Shown here: positions 54,123 to 63,552 of the stretch, piece after piece
How positions within the stretch are numbered: position 1 is the stretch's first letter
Layout: every line of letters begins with the position of its first letter
Assembly: GCA_049840735.1 (NCBI GenBank)
Contig: JASGJN010000004.1
Coordinates: 96,001-160,000, forward strand
Origin: Anaeromyxobacter sp.
GTDB taxonomy: Bacteria > Myxococcota > Myxococcia > Myxococcales > Anaeromyxobacteraceae
Reading direction: 5' to 3'
Length of the DNA stretch: 64,000 bases
The notes under the pieces: generated by a model
What the model was told of the DNA's origin: nothing
The model's database searches: none
The model's input: the letters and a program-made list of their open reading frames with translations, nothing else
Made by a program: the position numbers and the translations under genes

Positions 54123-55868
54123 TCAAGGCAGCCGCGTGATACGCTTGCCCCCCGGCGCCACCACCGGCTGCGGGAGCGAGCCGAGGTAGCCGGCCAGCGC
54201 GTCCACGTCGAGCGGGCCTCCCACCCGGTCGGTCCCCTGCGTGATCACCGTCAGGCCGTCGCCGCCTCCGGCCAGGAAGTCGATGGTGGCCACGCGGTAG
54301 GTGGCCGACGGCTCCACCGGCGCGCCGCCGACGCGCAGGTCGCGCACCTTCTGCCCGACCGGCGCGCCCTCGCTCCAGGCGTAGCTGAGCCCGGACACCT
54401 GCAGCAGGCGGGGGTCGGGCGTGGACCACTGCTGCTCCAGCAGCGCCTGCAGCTGCGCGCCGGTGAGCGTGAGGGACACCAGGCCGTTGCCGAACGGGTG
54501 GATGGCGAAGAGGTGGCCCACGGTGACCGGGCCGGCCGGGAGATCGGTGCGGATGCCGCCCAGGTTGACGACCGCCGCCACCGCGCCGGGCGTGCGGGCG
54601 CGGAGCGCGTCGGCCACCAGGTCGCCCAGCGGCGACTCGCCGGCCGCGTCCGGCGCGTTCGCGAGCGTCGCGGCCGCGGTGGCCACCACCCGGCCCACCC
54701 TCGGCGCCACGGCGGCCTCGGCCGCGGCCTGCAGCGCGGCGGCGGCGGGATCGGGTGAGCGCCCGGGCCCGGCGTCGGCGTACGCGACCTGCACCTCGGC
54801 GCTCCCGGCCACCACGTCGCGGGTGGAGCGATCGACCTGCAGGTCGATGCGGGCGAAGGCGGTCCCTGCGGAGAGCGCCTGGGTGACCAGCACCGGCCGC
54901 CCGCCGCGGGCCGGCAGGAGCGCGTTGGTGAACGCGTGCTGGTGCCCGGAGACCACCACGTCCACCTCCGGATCCAGCCGGGCCACCAGCTCCAGCAGCG
55001 CCTGCCCGCGGACCGGTGGCGCGTCGGCCCGCGTCGGCCCGGCGTAGGGCGCCTGCGCGCCGCCCTGGTGGACGAGGACCACCACCGCCCGCACGCCCTG
55101 CCCGCGCAGCGCCGCCACCGCGGCGTTGGCCGCCTCCGCGGCGTCGAGGAAGCGCAGCCCGGCCACGCCGGTGGGCGTCACCGCCTGCGGCGTCTCGGGC
55201 AGGCCCACGCCGACGATCCCCACCGGCACGCCATCCACCTGCTTCACCACGTAGGCCGGCAGGATGGGTCGCCCGGTGGCCGCGTCCACCACGTTGGCCG
55301 CCAGCGTGGGGTAGCGCGCGCCGCGCCAGGGCTGCGTGAGGAACGGGCCCGCGGGGTGATCCCCGCCGCCCAGCAGCCGCAGCAGCTCCGCGCGCCCCTC
55401 GTCGAACTCGTGGTTGCCCACCGTGCCGGCCAGGTTGCAGCCCGGGTCGAGCCAGGGGGCGAACCGCTCCGCCGGCGCGGCGTCGGCGCCGTCGGCGCGC
55501 GCGGCGCCGGGCGCCAGCGGGCGGCAGCGCTCGTTGGCCAGGAGGTGGAGCATCGCGACGGTGGGCTCCTCCTGCAGCAGCGCGGAGGGGGGCGGCGAGG
55601 CGCTGACCAGGTCGCCGGCGTGGACGATCAGCGTCCGGTCCTCGGCCCCGGCCATCGCGGCGCGCAGCCAGGCCACGAAGACGCCGGCCGAGCCCGCCGG
55701 GCGCCCGTCCACCTTCTTCCCGGCGCCGAGCTGCCCGTGGAAGTCGTTGAAGGCGAGCAGCCGGACATGGGCGGCGGCGGTGGGCGCGGGGGCGCGCGCG
55801 GCGGGCGCGGCGCAGGACAGGGACAGCGCGAGCAGCGGGGGCACGAGACGGATGGTCGAGCGGTGCAT
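54123..55868 (-). CDS. Bifunctional metallophosphatase / 5'-nucleotidase, lipoprotein
   Basis: NDFHG, AGDL, GNHEFDEG, SGHQH, NLGGIR, HPFGN and FLAGGGDG; lipobox SLS-C. Confidence 0.93.
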   Translation of the reverse strand: MHRSTIRLVPPLLALSLSCAAPAARAPAPTAAAHVRLLAFNDFHGQLGAGKKVDGRPAGSAGVFVAWLRAAMAGAEDRTLIVHAGDLVSASPPPSALLQEEPTVAMLHLLANERCRPLAPGAARADGADAAPAERFAPWLDPGCNLAGTVGNHEFDEGRAELLRLLGGGDHPAGPFLTQPWRGARYPTLAANVVDAATGRPILPAYVVKQVDGVPVGIVGVGLPETPQAVTPTGVAGLRFLDAAEAANAAVAALRGQGVRAVVVLVHQGGAQAPYAGPTRADAPPVRGQALLELVARLDPEVDVVVSGHQHAFTNALLPARGGRPVLVTQALSAGTAFARIDLQVDRSTRDVVAGSAEVQVAYADAGPGRSPDPAAAALQAAAEAAVAPRVGRVVATAAATLANAPDAAGESPLGDLVADALRARTPGAVAAVVNLGGIRTDLPAGPVTVGHLFAIHPFGNGLVSLTLTGAQLQALLEQQWSTPDPRLLQVSGLSYAWSEGAPVGQKVRDLRVGGAPVEPSATYRVATIDFLAGGGDGLTVITQGTDRVGGPLDVDALAGYLGSLPQPVVAPGGKRITRLP

Positions 55869-56039
55869 GGAGAGCCTCCCGGTGGCATGGTACGCCCGTG
55901 GGCCGTTCACCCCCAGGAGGAACTGGACCGGCCGATCGGCGACGTGATTCCATGGTCCGCACCGGGGAAGGCAACCGGTCACGATCTGGGTGATCCTCCC
56001 GGTGCGGTTCCGGACCGACCCGCCGCCGGAGCCCGCCCG

Positions 56040-56309
56040 CTAACCGATCGTCCGCACCAGCTCCTCCACCAGCTTCACGTACTGGGCCTTCGCGTCCTCG
56101 GCGCCCAGCCCCTTCCTGCCGGCCCAGGCGTCGTACTTGGCGCGGCCCTTGAGGTCGAGCATGCCGGGGCGGCTCCCCTTCACGTCGCCGTCGGTGGCCT
56201 GCTTGAAGAGCGCGTAGAGCGCCAGCAGCTGGTCGTTGCTGGGGCGCTTGGAGAGGGTCTTCACGCGGTCCTGCGCGGCGGCGAAGGCGGTGTCGCTGGC
56301 GGCGGTCAT
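56040..56309 (-). CDS. Acyl-CoA-binding protein (ACBP)
   Basis: PSNDQLLALYALFKQATDGD...RPGMLDLKGRAKYDAW. Confidence 0.95.
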   Translation of the reverse strand: MTAASDTAFAAAQDRVKTLSKRPSNDQLLALYALFKQATDGDVKGSRPGMLDLKGRAKYDAWAGRKGLGAEDAKAQYVKLVEELVRTIG

Positions 56310-57241
56310 GGTGCGGCTCCTGGCTGTGGCCCGCGGGCGCGGGCGGTGGAAGGGTGGAAGTCGGGCGGCAGGCGCGCCAGCGTGCCGGGCGTGACCAGGC
56401 CGCGGGCCAGGGCGTCCTCGAGCAGCGCCGCGCGGTCGAGCGGGCGGCGCCCGGCGGCGGCGGCCGCGCCGGCCTGGATCACGCCCTCGGCGCGGAGCTG
56501 CCCCAGCGCGAAGAGGGCCAGCGCCAGCTGGGTGGCGTCGCGCACCGGCACCACCCGCTCGCCCAGCGCGGCGAAGGAGGCCGGGTCGGTGCGCCGCTCC
56601 AGGTGGATGAAGGCCCGCTCCACCTGGCCGCCCTGCGGCGGCAGCCCCCGCGCCAGCGCGTCCACGCAGGCCCGGTCGTCGGGGGCCACGCCCGCCTCGC
56701 GCAGCGCCTCGTCGAGCGGCCCCGCGCGCAGCTCGCCGGAGAGGATCCGGGCGTAGAGCGCGTAGGCCAGCGCGTCCTGCTCGGTGTCGTCGCCGATCAG
56801 CCACTCGGTGGCGAGCGGCCGCCCGCGGCGCAGCGTGAGCAGCGCGGCCAGCTTGAACCCCAGCTGCTCGCGCAGCCGCCCGGGCCGGCCGGAGAGGAGC
56901 GCGCGCGCCCAGTCCTTGAGGACCAGCCCGTCCCACTCCACGCCGTCGAGCAGCATCTTCCGCTCCAGCACGGCGCGGAGCTGCGCCGGGCTGGCGGAGA
57001 GGAAGTAGAGCGGCACCGCCGCGTAGGCCTCGCGCGGCCCGTGGCGGATGGCGCGCAGCACCTCCGGCATGCCGGGGATGGCCAGCTTGTCGATCGCGAA
57101 CTCGAGCGGGATGCGCGCCAGCCCCTGCAGCGAGGAGAAGCGGGTGCTGAGGTAGGTCTTGTCCACGTCGGAGACCCAGACCGGCCCGCGGTAGGCGGCC
57201 GGCAGGGGGCGCTCGTCGACGATGGAGAGCGGGTAGGCCAT
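56306..57241 (-). CDS. HAD-like App1/DUF2183 phosphatidate phosphatase-like protein
   Basis: VSDVDKTY (DxDxT), YFLSASP and LIGDDTEQD. Confidence 0.72.
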   Translation of the reverse strand: MAYPLSIVDERPLPAAYRGPVWVSDVDKTYLSTRFSSLQGLARIPLEFAIDKLAIPGMPEVLRAIRHGPREAYAAVPLYFLSASPAQLRAVLERKMLLDGVEWDGLVLKDWARALLSGRPGRLREQLGFKLAALLTLRRGRPLATEWLIGDDTEQDALAYALYARILSGELRAGPLDEALREAGVAPDDRACVDALARGLPPQGGQVERAFIHLERRTDPASFAALGERVVPVRDATQLALALFALGQLRAEGVIQAGAAAAAGRRPLDRAALLEDALARGLVTPGTLARLPPDFHPSTARARGPQPGAAP

Positions 57242-57244
57242 GGC

Positions 57245-58267
57245 TCACTGGAACCGCAGGCGCGCCAGCTCGCCCCGCACCGGCCGGGACATCAGCGCCT
57301 GCATGGCCTCCCGGGCGCTGCGCCCTTCGCGCAGCGTGGCGTGCACGGCGGCGGCGATGGGCAGCTCCAGCCCGCGGCGCAGGGCCTCCTCCTGCACCGC
57401 CAGCGCCGTGGGCACCCCCTCGGCCACGTGCTTGAGGCTGGCCAGGATGTCCTCCAGCGGCTCGCCCCGGCCCAGCCGCTCGCCCACCTGGTGGTTGCGC
57501 GAGAGCTCCGAGGCGCAGGTGGCGATCAGGTCGCCGATGCCGGCCAGGCCGCCGAAGGTGAAGACGTCGGCGCCCAGGGCCACGCCGTACTGGGCCATCT
57601 CGGAGAGGCCGCGGGTGATCACCAGCGCCTTGCTGTTGTCCCCCAGCCCCAGCCCGTCCACCACCCCGGCGGCCAGGGCGATGACGTTCTTGAAGGAGCC
57701 GCCCACCTCGGTGCCGACCACGTCGCGCCCGCCGTACACCCGCACCCAGCTGCCGGCGAAGAGCGCCTGCACCGCGGCCACCACCTCGTCGTAGCGCGAG
57801 GCCACCAGGGCGCCGGCGGGCTGGCCGGCCATGATCTCCGCCGCCAGGTTGGGGCCGGAGAGCACGCCCAGCTTCAGGCAGCAGGTCTCCTCGCGGAGGA
57901 TCTGCGTCATGCGCCGGCCGGTGCCGATCTCGATCCCCTTGGTGCCGTGCAGCAGGAGCTGGTCGCCGCGCAGGTGCTCGCCCAGCTGCGCCGCCACCTC
58001 GCGGAAGGAGCGGGACGGGACCGCCACCAGCACCACCCGCGCCTCGCGCACCGCCGGTCCCAGCGCGGTGGTGGCGGTGAGCCCCTCGGCCAGCCGGGCC
58101 CCGGGCGCGTAGGCCTGGCTGGTGTGCTGGCCGTTGATCTCCTCCGCCAGCTCGGGCCGGCGCACCCAGAGCTGCACGCGGCGGCCGACGGCGGCGAGCG
58201 CGTGGGCCATGGCGGTGCCGAAGGAGCCGCCGCCCACCACCAGCAGGTCGAGCCCGTGGGCGCTCAT
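57245..58267 (-). CDS. gpsA: NAD(P)H-dependent glycerol-3-phosphate dehydrogenase
   Basis: GGGSFGTA, TKGIE, LSGPNLAAE, KNVIALAAG and GLAGIGDLIATC...SRN. Confidence 0.95.
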   Translation of the reverse strand: MSAHGLDLLVVGGGSFGTAMAHALAAVGRRVQLWVRRPELAEEINGQHTSQAYAPGARLAEGLTATTALGPAVREARVVLVAVPSRSFREVAAQLGEHLRGDQLLLHGTKGIEIGTGRRMTQILREETCCLKLGVLSGPNLAAEIMAGQPAGALVASRYDEVVAAVQALFAGSWVRVYGGRDVVGTEVGGSFKNVIALAAGVVDGLGLGDNSKALVITRGLSEMAQYGVALGADVFTFGGLAGIGDLIATCASELSRNHQVGERLGRGEPLEDILASLKHVAEGVPTALAVQEEALRRGLELPIAAAVHATLREGRSAREAMQALMSRPVRGELARLRFQ

Positions 58268-59862
58268 GCCGCCACCCGCCCCGCCTCGAGGCCGAGGCTG
58301 TCGATCCGCGCCTGGTAGTAGAGCAGCAGGTTGCGGTCCTCGTGGAAGAGCCGGTCCCCGCGCCGCACCACCGCCGGCCGGCGGTGGTAGCTGGCCAGGT
58401 GGGCCAGCGCCGAGGCCACCACCGCCCCGGCGTCGCGGTCGCGCAAGGTGTCGTCGAGCCGCACCTGGCCGGCGGCCGCGGCCCGGCGCAGCCCCTCCAG
58501 CAGGCGCGCGGTCCGCTCGTGGACCTCCACGGCCGGGAAGGAGGGCTCGCGCCCGCCGGTCCGCAGCAGGCGGTAGGGATTGACCCCCGGGTTGCGCTCG
58601 CGCAGCAGCGCGAACATGACGCGGCAGAGCGCGTGCGTGGAGGAGAGGACGGTGTCGCGGGCGTAGGCGGCCACCACCGCGCCCGCCAGCTCGCGGGTGT
58701 ACTCGGCGTCGCGCTGCGGATCGGGCGCGGGCCGCCCGGCCGCGTCGAGGAGGTAGCGGGCCCGGTCGATGCGCCGGCCGCGGGGGTCGAGCGAGGTGCC
58801 GTCGTCCGGCGCCACCGGGTTCCCGAACACGTCCAGCGGCCGCGAGAAGACCACGTGGATGCGCGAGTCGAGCGAGAGCGCCTTCTCCACGAAGTCGAGG
58901 ATGCGCCGCGGCTGCGAGAACTCGTCGTCCTCGATGATGTAGCGGCTCTTCCCGGCCTCCTGCAGGTGATCGCCGATGAGCGTCTCGGCCTCCAGCACCA
59001 GCTGGTAGTTGAGCGTGCACGGCACCACGAACACGTCCGGCCGCGCCGCGCCCTTGACCAGGTTGTGCGCGTAGGCCTCCAGGCCGGTCCCGAGCAGCCC
59101 CAGCTTGAGCTTGCGCTCCACCCCGCCGCTGCGGCTGCGGGTGCCGCCGGGGAAGAAGAGGTTGTGGTGGCCCGCCTCCAGCGTGCAGGCCGCGTAGGTC
59201 TTGAGCACGTCCTTGTAGAGCGCCGCCTTCTTGCGGCGGTCGACCCGGTACGCGCCCAGGTGGTTCATGAAGAAGCCGATCAGCCGGTTGTGGAAGAGGT
59301 TCAGCCCGGCGCCGTAGATGAACGGCGGCAGCCCCACCCGGTGGAGCGCGTAGCCGATCACCAGGCTGTCCAGGTTGGAGAGGTGGGTGGGCACCACCAC
59401 CACCGTCCCCAGCGCCGCCACGGCGCGGAGCGCGTCCACCTCGCCCTCGAGCTGGATCTGGTCCTCGAAGCCGGAGAAGCCGGAGGGGAGCGCCGAGAGG
59501 AGGCGCAGCGGGCTGGCCGCGTTGAGGAGCACGTTGAGCGCCCGGGGGATGACCTGGGTGGCCACCGCGTGGATGCGCGGGTCGAAGTGGCCGGCCACCT
59601 CCTGCGCGAACCCGCGGATGAGCTCCTGGAGCAGCACCCGCTGCCGGTCCGGCGAGGCGCGCTGGGCCTCTGCGTAGATGCGCTCGTAGGTGGCCGCCTG
59701 CCGCCGGGCCAGCTCACGGTCGCGCTCGGTCTCGAGCCGGCGGCGCTCCTCGTAGAGGGTGTCGTAGATGGCGGCCTCGACGGCCTGGGCGTCCTCGCCC
59801 AGCCGCCCCGAGACCCGATGCACGACCTCGACCAGCACCCGCTCGCGGTCCATCTCGCGCAC
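58264..59862 (-). CDS. Glycerol-3-phosphate acyltransferase (PlsB/GPAT-like)
   Basis: PTHLSNLD (HxxxxD), GAGLNL, GAYRVDR and FFPGGTRSRSG. Confidence 0.88.
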   Translation of the reverse strand: MREMDRERVLVEVVHRVSGRLGEDAQAVEAAIYDTLYEERRRLETERDRELARRQAATYERIYAEAQRASPDRQRVLLQELIRGFAQEVAGHFDPRIHAVATQVIPRALNVLLNAASPLRLLSALPSGFSGFEDQIQLEGEVDALRAVAALGTVVVVPTHLSNLDSLVIGYALHRVGLPPFIYGAGLNLFHNRLIGFFMNHLGAYRVDRRKKAALYKDVLKTYAACTLEAGHHNLFFPGGTRSRSGGVERKLKLGLLGTGLEAYAHNLVKGAARPDVFVVPCTLNYQLVLEAETLIGDHLQEAGKSRYIIEDDEFSQPRRILDFVEKALSLDSRIHVVFSRPLDVFGNPVAPDDGTSLDPRGRRIDRARYLLDAAGRPAPDPQRDAEYTRELAGAVVAAYARDTVLSSTHALCRVMFALLRERNPGVNPYRLLRTGGREPSFPAVEVHERTARLLEGLRRAAAAGQVRLDDTLRDRDAGAVVASALAHLASYHRRPAVVRRGDRLFHEDRNLLLYYQARIDSLGLEAGRVAA

Positions 59863-60055
59863 GCAGCCTCCCGCGGGCCACGCCCGGCGCCTCTCCGGCC
59901 ACCCAGGACTCTAGCCGAGCGGCGGGTCGCCGCATGGGTCGGCCACCGGGTCCTGGCGGGTACCCCGACCCCCGGGAAGCGGGGCCAGGACACCCCAGGA
60001 CACGCGTTTCCCAGCCGGGTCCGGTGGGCTGTATGATGCTTCGTACCCACCGTCC

Positions 60056-62128
60056 ATGCCACCGACCTGGCTCGCCACCATTCACCACGATGGGTCCAGC
60101 AAGTACGTCTCGGACCTGTGCCCGGCCATCGGGGACGTGGTCCGGATCCGCCTGCGGGTCTCGGACCAGACGGCGCTGAAGCGGGTCTTCCTCCGGACCA
60201 ACCCGGACAACCTGCAGGTGCTCTCCCCCATGTCGCCCGGCCGCCACGCGCCGCCGGCGCGCTGGTACGACGTCGACCTCCCCATCACCGAGCGGATCGT
60301 GCAGTACCGCTTCGTGATCGAGGCCGAGGACGGCGGGGTGTGGTGGTACTCGGCGGCGGGCGTCACCGAGCACGAGCCGCTGGGCGGCAGCGACTTCCGC
60401 CTGGTGACCGACCTGCCGCCGCCGTCGTGGGTGCGGAGCACGGTCTTCTACCAGATCTTCCCGGACCGCTTCTGGAACGGCGAGCCCAGCAACGATCCGC
60501 AGCCGGACGAGTACGACCGGCCCAGCTACCGCTACAAGAAGTTCGAGTACCAGAACCGCCGGCCGCGGACCCTGCCCTGGGGCAGCCCCGCCCCCTTCGA
60601 CGCGCCCCCCACGCTCACGTTCTACGGCGGGGATCTCCCCGGCATCGAGTCGAAGCTGCCCTACCTGCAGGACCTGGGGGTGGGGGCCATCTACCTGAAC
60701 CCGGTCTTCGCCTCGCCCTCCAACCACCGCTACGACGTGGTGGACCACGAGCGCGTGGACCCGCGCCTGGGCGGCACCGCCGCGCTGGCCCACCTGCGCC
60801 AGGCGCTCACCGCGGCCGGCATGCGCTACCTGCTGGACGTGGTGCCCAACCACGTCAGCTACTGGCACCCGTGGTTCCAGGCCGCCGAGAGCGACCCGAC
60901 CTCGCTGGAGGCCGGCTTCTTCACCTTCCTGCGCCACCCGGAGAGCTTCAAGGACTGGTTCGGCTGGCCGCGCCTGGACTACGCCAGCGAGGAGCTGCGC
61001 CGGCGCATGTTCACCGGCCACGAGGCCGTGCTGCGCCGCTGGCTGCGGCTGCCCTACTCCGCCGACGGCTGGCGCGTCTACCTGCCCAACGCCCCGGCGC
61101 GCCAGGGCGAGCTGCAGCCCGGCCTGCACATCGGCCGGGCCCTGCGCGCCGCCATCAAGGAGACGCGCCCGGACGCCTACCTGCTGGGCGAGAACCTGGC
61201 CGACGCCACCGAGCAGCTGCAGGGCGACCAGTTCGACGGGCTCATGAACTACCGCGCGTTCATGCTGCCGCTCTGGTCCTGGCTGCGCGGCTACCACCAG
61301 GACCTGCCCGGCCTGCCGCCCATCGTCAGCGTGCGGCTCGCCACCCAGGCCCTGGCGCGCGCGCTGCTGGAGGGACTCTCCTCGGCGCCCTGGAGCGTCT
61401 CGCTCCACCACTACAACCCCATCGGCAGCCACGACTTCCCGCGCGTCCGCAGCGTGCTCGACGGCAACGACGCGCTCCACCGGCTGGCGGCGGTGGTCCA
61501 GTTCACCTTCCCCGGCGTCCCCGGCATCTACTACGGCGACGAGATCGGGATGGTGAACGACCCCGGCCTGGAGCAGCGGGCCTGCATGGTCTGGGACGAG
61601 AAGGCCTGGAACCGCCCGCTGCGCGAGTTCTACAAGGCGCTGGTGGCGCTGCGCCGGGGCTCGCCGGCGCTGCAGGAGGGCGGCTTCCAGGTGCTGGCGG
61701 TGGAGGCGGACACGCTCGCCTACCAGCGCGAGGGGCCGGCGGGGCGCGTGATCGTGGTGGCGCACCGCGGGTCCACGCCGCGGCCGCCGGGGCCGCTGGC
61801 GGTGGCCCACGGCGGCGTCCCGGACGGCCTGGCCTTCACCGAGGCCTTCAGCCGCCGCGTGGTGCTGGCGCGGCGCGGGCAGCTGGCCCTGCCCGAGCTG
61901 CCGCAGGGCGCCACGGTGTGGGTGGCCGAGGAGGAGCCGGACGCGGCCGAGCGCCCGCACCCGCTCTCCGCGCCCCAGGCGCCGCGCGCCGAGCCCACCC
62001 GCGGCCGCACGCTGGCCTGCCCGGTGTGCGGGAAGAAGGACGGGACGCGGCGGGAGACGCGCACCGTCCCGGGCGGCGTCCGCCACGACCGCTGGTTCTG
62101 CCTCTGGTGCGGCGCGACGTGGACCTGA
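60056..62128 (+). CDS. GH13 maltodextrin glucosidase / neopullulanase-like protein with nucleophile Asp replaced by Tyr, plus C-terminal Zn-ribbon
   Basis: FYQIFPDRF, GGDL, YLNPVF, SNHRYD, DVVPNH, DGWRVY(!), LGEN, SHD and YYGDE; C-terminal CPVCG...CLWCG. Confidence 0.9.
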   Translation: MPPTWLATIHHDGSSKYVSDLCPAIGDVVRIRLRVSDQTALKRVFLRTNPDNLQVLSPMSPGRHAPPARWYDVDLPITERIVQYRFVIEAEDGGVWWYSAAGVTEHEPLGGSDFRLVTDLPPPSWVRSTVFYQIFPDRFWNGEPSNDPQPDEYDRPSYRYKKFEYQNRRPRTLPWGSPAPFDAPPTLTFYGGDLPGIESKLPYLQDLGVGAIYLNPVFASPSNHRYDVVDHERVDPRLGGTAALAHLRQALTAAGMRYLLDVVPNHVSYWHPWFQAAESDPTSLEAGFFTFLRHPESFKDWFGWPRLDYASEELRRRMFTGHEAVLRRWLRLPYSADGWRVYLPNAPARQGELQPGLHIGRALRAAIKETRPDAYLLGENLADATEQLQGDQFDGLMNYRAFMLPLWSWLRGYHQDLPGLPPIVSVRLATQALARALLEGLSSAPWSVSLHHYNPIGSHDFPRVRSVLDGNDALHRLAAVVQFTFPGVPGIYYGDEIGMVNDPGLEQRACMVWDEKAWNRPLREFYKALVALRRGSPALQEGGFQVLAVEADTLAYQREGPAGRVIVVAHRGSTPRPPGPLAVAHGGVPDGLAFTEAFSRRVVLARRGQLALPELPQGATVWVAEEEPDAAERPHPLSAPQAPRAEPTRGRTLACPVCGKKDGTRRETRTVPGGVRHDRWFCLWCGATWT

Positions 62129-62147
62129 TCTGGCATGATGCGCCGCC

Positions 62148-63494
62148 ATGTCGACGCAACGGGACGGCTTCGCCTCCACGCTCGGCGCCCTCGCCGCCAC
62201 GCTGGGCTCCGCGGTCGGGCTGGGCAACATCTGGAAGTTCCCCTACCTGACCGGCTCCAACGGCGGCGCAGCCTTCGTGCTCACCTACCTGGTGGCCGTG
62301 GCGCTGGTGGGCGTGCCGGTCATGGCGGTGGAGCTGGCCATCGGGCGGCGGATGCGGGCCAGCGCGGTACGCGCCTACCGCGACGTGGTCCCCGGCCTGC
62401 CCGTGCTGGCGGCGGTGGGCTGGGCCGGCGTCCTCTCCTCCGTGCTGATCATGGCCTTCTACACCGACGTGGCGGGCTGGGTGTTCGCCACGGTGGCCCG
62501 CAGCGTGGCCGCGTCCGTGCGCGGCGTCCCGCTCGACCCCACCGGCTTCGTGGCCCTGGCCTCCGGCACCTGGGAGCCGGTGCTCTGGCAGGCCGGGGTG
62601 CTGCTGCTGGCCTGCGCCATCATCGCCGCCGGCGTGTCGCGCGGCATCGAGCGGGTGACGCGGGCCCTCATGCCGCTCCTGCTCGGGCTCCTGCTGCTGT
62701 GCGACCTGCGGGCGCTGACCCTGCCCGGCGCCTGGGCCGGCGTCAGCTACCTCTTCGCGCCCGACCTCTCCCGGCTCACCGGGCCGGTGCTCCTCTCCGC
62801 GCTGGGGCTGGCCTTCTTCAAGCTCTCGCTGGGCATGGGCACCATGACCACCTACGGCTCCTACCTGCCGGACCAGGTCCGGCTGGTGCCGACCGCCGCG
62901 CGGGTGGCGCTGGCCGACACGCTGGTGTCGCTGCTGGCCGGCCTGGCCATCTTCCCGGCGGTGTTCGCGCTGGGCGGCACGCCGGCCGGCGGGCCAGGGC
63001 TGCTCTTCCTGACCATCCCCAGGCTCTTCGCCCAGATGCCCATGGGCGGCCTCTTCACCACCCTCTTCTTCGTGCTGGCGGCCGTGGCGACCATCGGCGC
63101 CATGGTGAGCCTGGTGGAGGTGCCGGTGGCGGTGCTGGTGGAGCGCGGGGTGCGCCGGCCGCTCGCTGCGGCCGCGGCCGGGCTGGTCATGCTGGCGCTG
63201 GGCGCGCCGGCCACGCTCTCGCGCAGCCCGGGGCTGGGCGGCCTGCGCCTGGGGGATCGCACCCTCTTCGACCTCTTCGACTTCGCCTCCTCCAACCTGC
63301 TCCTGCCGCTGGGCGGCCTCTGCATCGCCGTCATCGGAGGCTGGCTGCTGCCGCGCTCGGCGCTGCTGGACGAGCTGACCCGCGGCCACCCCGGGCGCGC
63401 CCGGACCGCCGCCGCGGTGCAGCTGGCGGCGCGCTGGCTGGCCCCGGTGCTGATCGCGCTGATCCTGCTCTCCGGGCTCGGTGTGCTCGGCTGA
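62148..63494 (+). CDS. Sodium-dependent transporter (NSS/SNF family)
   Basis: GSAVGLGNIWKFPY, NGGAAF, AFFKLSLGMG...YGSY and GPGLLF. Confidence 0.95.
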   Translation: MSTQRDGFASTLGALAATLGSAVGLGNIWKFPYLTGSNGGAAFVLTYLVAVALVGVPVMAVELAIGRRMRASAVRAYRDVVPGLPVLAAVGWAGVLSSVLIMAFYTDVAGWVFATVARSVAASVRGVPLDPTGFVALASGTWEPVLWQAGVLLLACAIIAAGVSRGIERVTRALMPLLLGLLLLCDLRALTLPGAWAGVSYLFAPDLSRLTGPVLLSALGLAFFKLSLGMGTMTTYGSYLPDQVRLVPTAARVALADTLVSLLAGLAIFPAVFALGGTPAGGPGLLFLTIPRLFAQMPMGGLFTTLFFVLAAVATIGAMVSLVEVPVAVLVERGVRRPLAAAAAGLVMLALGAPATLSRSPGLGGLRLGDRTLFDLFDFASSNLLLPLGGLCIAVIGGWLLPRSALLDELTRGHPGRARTAAAVQLAARWLAPVLIALILLSGLGVLG

Positions 63495-63552
63495 GGGCGC
63501 GTCCCTATCTTCGCCTGCCCGCCTTCGCGGGCCAGCGAGGAAGGTCGCCCCG

